Shown in pieces: positions 49,812 through 64,000 of a stretch of DNA of 64,000 bases. The notes below the pieces were generated by a model, which saw nothing but the letters and a program-made list of their open reading frames with translations, was not told the DNA's origin and searched no databases. Position 1 is the stretch's first letter. Every line of letters starts with the position of its first letter. Source of the DNA: the human T2T-CHM13v2.0 reference genome, Homo sapiens; NCBI RefSeq assembly GCF_009914755.1, contig NC_060935.1. One strand, given 5' to 3'. The translations under genes were made by a program, and so were the position numbers.

Positions 49812-50047
49812 TTATACTGTACACATATATGATAGGTATTCTATTTTATCCCCAAATAAAAAGACATTTAAAAAGAATGAATAGTATTCTTTGCCCAAGG
49901 GAAAATACTTAGGTAGTTTTTTCTGTGTGGAATACCTACCTACCCTCTTCTTTTCACCCATAGAAAGTCTACCTTTTTTTAGGAATTGGTATAACTTTCC
50001 CCCACCGAAGAATCTCTCCCTTGCTACTGCAGCCATCATCAATCTCT

Positions 50048-50311
50048 CTTTCTTTCTTTCTTTCTTTTTTTTTTAGATGGAGTCTTGCTCTGTCACCAGG
50101 CTGGAGTGCAGTGGCACGATCTCGGCTCACTGAAACCTCTGCTTTCCAGATTCAAGCCATTCTCCTGCCTCAGCCTCCTTAGTAGCTGGGATTACAGGTG
50201 CATGCCACCATTCTGAGCAAATTTTTTGTATTTTTAGTAGAGACAGGGTTCCACTATGTTGGCCAGGATGGTCTCGATCTCCTGACCTCGTGATCCGCCT
50301 GCCTCGGCCTC
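50048..50311 (-). mobile_element. 5'-truncated AluSc-like SINE
   Basis: Lacks roughly the first 35 nt; TSD tcaatctct at 50039-50047 and 50312-50320. Confidence 0.88.
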
Positions 50312-50404
50312 TCAATCTCTTTCTTTTGAATTTACTTAATATCTTTGCCATTCATCATAGCCCCAAATTAAATGCTATTTAATTTATATTCTTTTCATTT
50401 CAGG

Positions 50405-50925
50405 TAGAAAGGTAGCTTGCTGACACTAGTCTCAGATCCATTCCCACCCTTTCCCTGCTCTTCTCTGTTGCTGCCTCTCACAGGCTGTCTTGTTCTTTCA
50501 TTCTTGATAGGTTAAAGCAATGAGAGGCACCACAGGAGGACTGGAAACGGGAAGAGAGAAGCCAGGCCATTTCTCACTCTGTTCCCTGTGTCCTTTGGAA
50601 TCTGGCGGTGTCCCTCTGGACAGCCTCTCCCTTCTTTCTCCCAGATCTACTCAGGCAGTTCTCCTGGTGGTTTTTGCTCCTTCTGTCTGACAGCCAAGGC
50701 TTCTGGGCTCTGGTGACAACTGCTCCTCCCAGTGTCACCCTTGCAACAAGGAGAATAACTTCCCAATTTTGCTAATCTGTGAATTACTTCACCATTCCCT
50801 TTTCGACTTCTTCACTGCTCCATTCATCTGCATAATGAATCCTCTGTTGAAACAATTTCCCTTCCTCTGAAAGACCTGTTTTTTTTTTTTGTCTTTTTTT
50901 TTCCTGGCTAGATCCCAGCTGACAT
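50405..50925 (+). mobile_element. Old ERVL LTR (LTR33-like)
   Basis: gcaatgagaggcac...ggaggactgga...gagagaagccagg motif; family from memory. Confidence 0.4.
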
Positions 50926-52019
50926 CATGTATAGTGAAAGAGCACAGGCTTGGAAACTGGAGGGACCTAAGTTTGAATCCTATTATTTATTCTATGAACT
51001 TGTTTAAGTTACTTAATTTCATTCTTAAACTAGGGGTTATAACACCTACTTCACTGGGTTGCTATGAGTGTTAAATGGCATACTATATGAACAGTGCCAA
51101 TACCATAGTTAGGACTCAATAAATGGAAGCTACCATTATTGATTTATATACTCCCTGACAGCATAGCCATTTTCTTCTTTTTGTGTCTCAGTGCTTTACC
51201 TAAAGGTGTTTATCACATTACTTCCTCTGAAATTTAATTTAATCAGCAACTTATTGAGCATCTACTCTGTACTGGCAATTGTGTTAGGTAGTACTTCTAG
51301 AAGATATGATGAAAATACAGCCCTTGCCTTTAATGTGCTTACAATCTAATGAAAGTAAGAGATGTGACAACAACTAAGTCTGCAGAAATGCAATCTGACA
51401 AACACACCAAACTGAGGTACAAGTGACACCAACAGGTACATGGTTGAAGGAATGAGTGAGTGACTCTGCCTGGGAATATCAGGAAAAACTTCAGAAAGGA
51501 ATAGGCGCTCTGCTGGTTTTGAATGAAAAGAAAACTTTCAACAGGCAAAGAATGAGGGAAAGAAGAATTTGGGCTGAGGGAATGGCATGAACTAAATGGT
51601 GGAGCTATAACCATGCACGTACATTTACAGCACAATTTCAACACCTCTAACAGGAGTAGGTGGAGGGAGATGTAGGGAGAGACCTTGAAATCCTTGATAG
51701 CTGCTGGGTATGGACTTGATCCTACAAGTAAAAAAACAATGCAAATTTTTGAGAAGGGGAGTGATTTCTGAGTGACCTCAGAAATCCAACTGTAACTTAA
51801 GAAAGAAAAAACAGAGTTTGGAGACCCATTATCAAGTTCTTACTATAGTCCTACTGTGACATAATCCACAACACATGGGGATAGATTGATAGGAAGGATG
51901 GACAAGAGTGTTCATTAAAATTGGCTTTGAAACAGCATTTCTCCATCTGTTTAGCATACGAGTGTCTCATGAATCACAATAATCGCAATTATAGCCAATT
52001 ATTTTTTAATGTATTTAGA

Positions 52020-52626
52020 AAAAATATACATTCTTTATACTGGCCTATAATAAGGCTTTATGTGATCTGACCCAGAAAGTTCTCAGACTTCATCTGTATG
52101 CTTCCCCTTGCTCAGTCTACTCCAGCTCTATAAGCCATTTTTCTGTTGCTTGAATAGGCCAACCACGCCCTGGTTCTGACTCAAGGCCTTTGCAGCTGCT
52201 GTTCTATCTGCCTGGAGGAATTTTATTCCAGACCTTTGCTTATCCTTACATCTTCTGGCACTTCACTTCTTACTACCCTTCCTTTTACTTACCCTCCTTT
52301 AGGCATTCACCCTTCTTACTCTTTCTTGAATAAATCAAGCATGCTCTTGCCCCAGGGCCATTGCACTTGCTGTTTCTGCCTAGAATTCTCTTCTCCTAGA
52401 TTTCTGCATGGCTTATTTCCTCACCTCCTTCAGGTCTTTCTTTGCTTATGTGTCAACTTTTCTGTGAGGAATCCCTGCATCCCTATTTAAAAATGTGAAG
52501 TTAAATATTCTTTCTCCTTTTCTACTTTCTTTTTCCCCATAGCACTTAACCACTTGGGATACTATGTATTTTCCTTTTCCTTTTTGTTTTTCCATGGTAG
52601 AATTTGAGGTGCATTAGGGAAGATAT
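52020..52626 (+). mobile_element. L2 fragments, continued at 55979-56100
   Basis: cagggccattgcacttgctgtttctgcctagaa motifs; the L2 3' end (ctcaataaacattttttgaatgaatg) resumes after 55979. Confidence 0.7.
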
Positions 52627-52645
52627 ATATATATATGTGTGTGTG

Positions 52646-52678
<33 letters not shown>

Positions 52679-52764
52679 ATATATATGTGTGTGTATATAT
52701 ATATGTGTATATATATGTGTGTATATATATGTGTGTGTGTATTATATATATATATATTTTTTTC
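52623..52764. repeat. (TA)n/(TG)n microsatellite with T tract, probably a decayed poly-A tail on the minus strand
   Basis: Direct reading; lies between a TSD-like motif and the retrocopy 3' end. Confidence 0.85.
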
Positions 52765-53137
52765 TTTGTCAGTAGAAGGTGACTTACTGGAAAATTTAGA
52801 AACATGTGGCAACAAGACAGGTAGATCTCTGTACTGTTACTCCCCAGACCCAGAGCTTACACACCGTATAGAAAGAGCATACGTGCTTCAGAAGGAATGT
52901 GTAGGATCACTGAAATTGACCCCTCAGGGAAAGGTAAGAATGCTGTGTCTCATAGCCCATAATTTGCCAAAGGACAGCACTTAGGTAAGTACATGTTTAT
53001 GATAACATCAAGGTTGTCTTGGCTTACACAAGCAACAGTACATAAAGTAGAAATCTTGAGGCATTCCTGGGCCTGGGGTTAATCAGAAGTCAACATGGCA
53101 GATTAGCATCCAAGATGAAGTGGCATCATCCTGCACA
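52765..53137 (-). mobile_element. LTR47-like ERVL LTR, apparently truncated near its poly-A site
   Basis: The minus strand begins tgtgcagg...catcttggatgctaatctgccatgttgacttctgattaacccc, matching the remembered LTR47 start. Confidence 0.65.
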
Positions 53138-53199
53138 GTGTCCAACGCTGTACACTCGATTAGGAGGGAGTAAACAAGATTGAGCACTGGGAGCAACAG

Positions 53200-53665
53200 T
53201 AGCAGGACACCCAACAGCCCAAAGTTGGAAGGAGCACAAGTGTTCACTGATGGATGAATGGATAAACAGAATGTGGTCTAAACATACTATGAAATATTAT
53301 CCAGCTTTAAAAGGGGAGGAAGTTCTGATGCATGCTACAACATGGATGAACCTTGAGGACATCATACAAATGAAATAAGCCAGGCAGAGAAGGATACATG
53401 CTGTATGATTCTACTCATATGAGGTACCTAGAGTAGTCAAACTGATAGAGAAAGTAGAATGTTGGTTGCTAGGAGTTGTGGGGATGGGAAGATGGGAAGT
53501 TATTTAATGGGTAGAGTTTCAGATCTGCAAGATGAAAAGAGTTCTAGTGATGGATGGTGGTGATGGCTTGCACCACAATGTGAATGTACTTTACTAACTG
53601 CACATTCAACACGGTTAAGATAGCAAATTTTCATTTTGTGTTTTTTACCAGAACTTAAAAAGAAA
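53200..53665 (+). mobile_element. L1MB-like 3'UTR fragment
   Basis: gatgaatggataaacagaatgtgg, catgctacaacatggatgaaccttgaggac and gatgaaaagagttct motifs. Confidence 0.85.
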
Positions 53666-54180
53666 AACAGGGTTTTTTTTGTTTGTTTGTTAGTTTTCAA
53701 AAGAGTCACAGGACAAAACAAGGTGAGAATGGTCTCATGAAAACCAAAAAAACAGAGTGTTTCTAGAATGAAGGATTCATTGAATGCTGCTAAGAAAAAG
53801 ATGAGATGAGGAATGAAAACATCAGTGGGACTAATGAACAGGGGCATCACTGCTGAAAAAATACAATGTCTTTAAGATGTAGAAGTGGGGTTGAAACCAC
53901 ATTGAAATGGGTAACACTCTCTTCTTCCTTATCTGGGAATGAGTTGGTTGTTGGTGATCATCAGTCTGATCCACTCCAAGAGAGATCGTAGCGGGGTCCA
54001 GTCTGTGCTCCCCTGGGATCGTTTGCCATGGCTAGAAGTTAAAACTACACAAACGCAAGATCAAAACCCGAGACCCGCACGCCCAGATGACCGGGACGAG
54101 GCCATACTTCACATCTTCTCTCACAGACTCACAATTAGGCAATGGTTACCTCAAACGACTTTATATGGCGGACACCCCAG

Positions 54181-55978
<1,798 letters not shown>

Positions 55979-56901
55979 AGGGCAGATATTCTTGTAGAAT
56001 TTTGTTTCTTGCTTTATCCCTGGTGCCTAAAACAATTTGTGGTATACAGTAAGTACTCAATAAACATTTTTTGAATGAATGACTGAATAAATGGATAAAT
56101 AATTCCAGTCTCCTCATATCTCAGGTCTCAGATAAAATGCCTTCCTCAGAAATGCCTTTCCTAATCCTCCTATCTAAAACAGCCCTTCTCATCCTAGTTG
56201 TGCTTTATAATATCATTATGTTTTACTTTTCTCATATTACTTGTCATTATCTGAAATTATTCTATTTATTTACTTGCTTATTGTCTTCCTCCTCCCTCCT
56301 CCATTAGAATGTAGGCTCCTTGAGACCTGGGCCCTTGACACAATAATTGTTAAATGAGTGAATGTACAAAACACTGTGTTGAAAGCCTCAGATGAATTAT
56401 CTCACCCACTTCTCATAGCAACCCCAATTAAATAGTACCATAGAATTCCCTTATCTCAAATGAGAAAACAGAGCTTTAAAGAGCTTACATAGCTAGAAAG
56501 TGGCAGAGCCCAGATTTGAACACAGGCATTTTGATTCCAGGACTCATTCTGAGTTAGTTTACGTAACTGAAGACTTCTGAGAGCCTTGTATATCTACAAT
56601 CTGCAAGAGAAGGAAAGCATCTACAACGCTGCCCAAATTTACCTGACCACAGAAGCTTCTTCTTTGTGGGAAGTTCCTAGAATTTTATGGATATACTTTT
56701 GAAAATGCTTCCATAAGGTTCTAGCCCTTTTGACTTGGAAGTTGTTAGAGCTTTCTTTACAGGTCTAACATAACTTCATTGTAATTCAAGGCATGTCACC
56801 TAACATGCCTAAGAGCCATGGTGGGAAGAAGGAAGAGAGGTCTGCTGAATGGAAAAGCAAAGACATTCCGGGGTTACTGTCAAAGAAAGTAATAGAGGAG
56901 G

Positions 56902-56907
<6 letters not shown>

Positions 56908-56956
<49 letters not shown>
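56908..56956. repeat. (GA)n microsatellite, about 24 units
   Basis: Direct reading. Confidence 0.95.
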
Positions 56957-56959
<3 letters not shown>

Positions 56960-57089
56960 CAGCCCTAATGTGTGGTCCTAATAAGAGAAAGGCACAAAGA
57001 TCGGCTTTCTTTCAGCAAAATCTGTGACTATTCAGTATGTGGTCCTGGGTAAGGCAGCAGAAAGTTAATTTTGGCATGTAAATCTCCAG

Positions 57090-57552
57090 TGGGTGAGTAG
57101 ACATTGGTGTTGTTTACTCAAAATTCATTCTCTTTCTTCCTCTTTTCTAACAGAACACTGTATCTTGCCTTGTAATTCACCCTCAGGCCCTTAGCCTGTG
57201 CTTCCCTAAGCCAATTGCTCCCCTCACCAGTAAATGCTGTAGGAATGAATAGGTTGCCTTACGCAGTTGTGGTCAGTGAGACATAAAGGCAAGTCTGCCT
57301 GGGGACTTCTAGGAAAGGTTTACCTCTTCATGGAAAAGAGGCACATAGGAAGAGATGTTGGACAAAGCTAATGTTAATAATGAGAATGGCAGAGCTGAAG
57401 AATGGAAAGAACCTGATTCATGATGACATTCCTTGGCCAACCTACATTCTCATCTGGACTTCTTCTTATGTGAAGTAATAAATGTTTCTTATTATTAAAG
57501 CAATTTTCTTAAGTTTTTCTGTTACTGGTGACCAAAGCATCTCAACTGATAT
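57090..57552 (+). mobile_element. Old MLT1 (I/J/K-like) LTR
   Basis: ctggacttcttcttatgtgaagtaataaat ... tctgttac ... aaagcatctcaactgata 3' end. Confidence 0.6.
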
Positions 57553-58055
57553 AGTTAGGAAATAGAACCCCTCATATCCCCTCCATATGTTCACACAGGT
57601 CAGAGTGTGAGCATTTGGAAGGAGCACTACAACAGTGGGAAGTCCAAATAGAGAGATCTACATCTCTGCAGTAAAAGATACTAATAAGCTTGATAAATTG
57701 TTGGCACAGGGAAGGGGGGGGTTCAGCTTTACATTTCCATCATGTCTAGACCAAGACATGTAGGTTCCCATGCAAAAAAACATTTCGTACTCCTTTAACC
57801 CAATATTCAGTAAATAAGTGTTCAATATTGATTTAATGGGGATGAGAATATCTGATTTTCTGTTAATCAAAATTGTAGATGTCTTTCCTTGTGTTTTAAA
57901 TAAGAGATTTACCACATATATTGACCATAATACAACATTTTAACTTACTTGGAATTATTTTTCCATAGCACAATGTTAGCTTCTAGTTATCATTCATATT
58001 ACAGTTAAAGGTAACTTATATGGGTCTACTTATGGGTTGAAAAAATGCATAACGT

Positions 58056-64000
<5,945 letters not shown>

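Noticed and set aside
52546-52984. YI/HT/CV-rich ORFs (also 11596-11957)
   Set aside because: These are translations of dinucleotide microsatellites.
53940-54180. CpG-rich segment as an rDNA or structural RNA gene fragment
   Set aside because: No rRNA, tRNA or snRNA motifs recognised; better explained as the retrocopy leader.

Overview
AT-rich, CpG-depleted primate (human-like) genomic DNA, intronic or intergenic, and dominated by transposable elements. It contains about 19 Alu/FLAM copies, two large inactive L1PA elements, many old L1M/L2/MIR fragments, MaLR/ERVL LTRs, a solo LTR12 (ERV9) and several DNA-transposon fossils. I see no intact protein-coding gene, RNA gene or CRISPR array; nearly all ORFs in the track come from repeats or chance. 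Three structures stand out. (1) A minus-strand retrocopy of an apparently non-coding, CpG-island-initiated transcript (about 52.6-55.7 kb) lies in or is fused to an AluY tail and was later split by LTR12C. (2) A full-length L1 has its 3' third plus flanking MaLR DNA (37113-40434) inverted after insertion, so its two target-site duplications (TSDs) are now in opposite orientations. (3) A 150-bp head-to-tail copy of nearby DNA, about 1.2 units long, sits at 19967-20145 and resembles a re-integrated small DNA circle. Repeat family and subfamily names are from memory of consensus sequences and need RepeatMasker/Dfam confirmation. Nothing here is demonstrably a new biological system; the leads are rearrangement and retrotransposition footprints.
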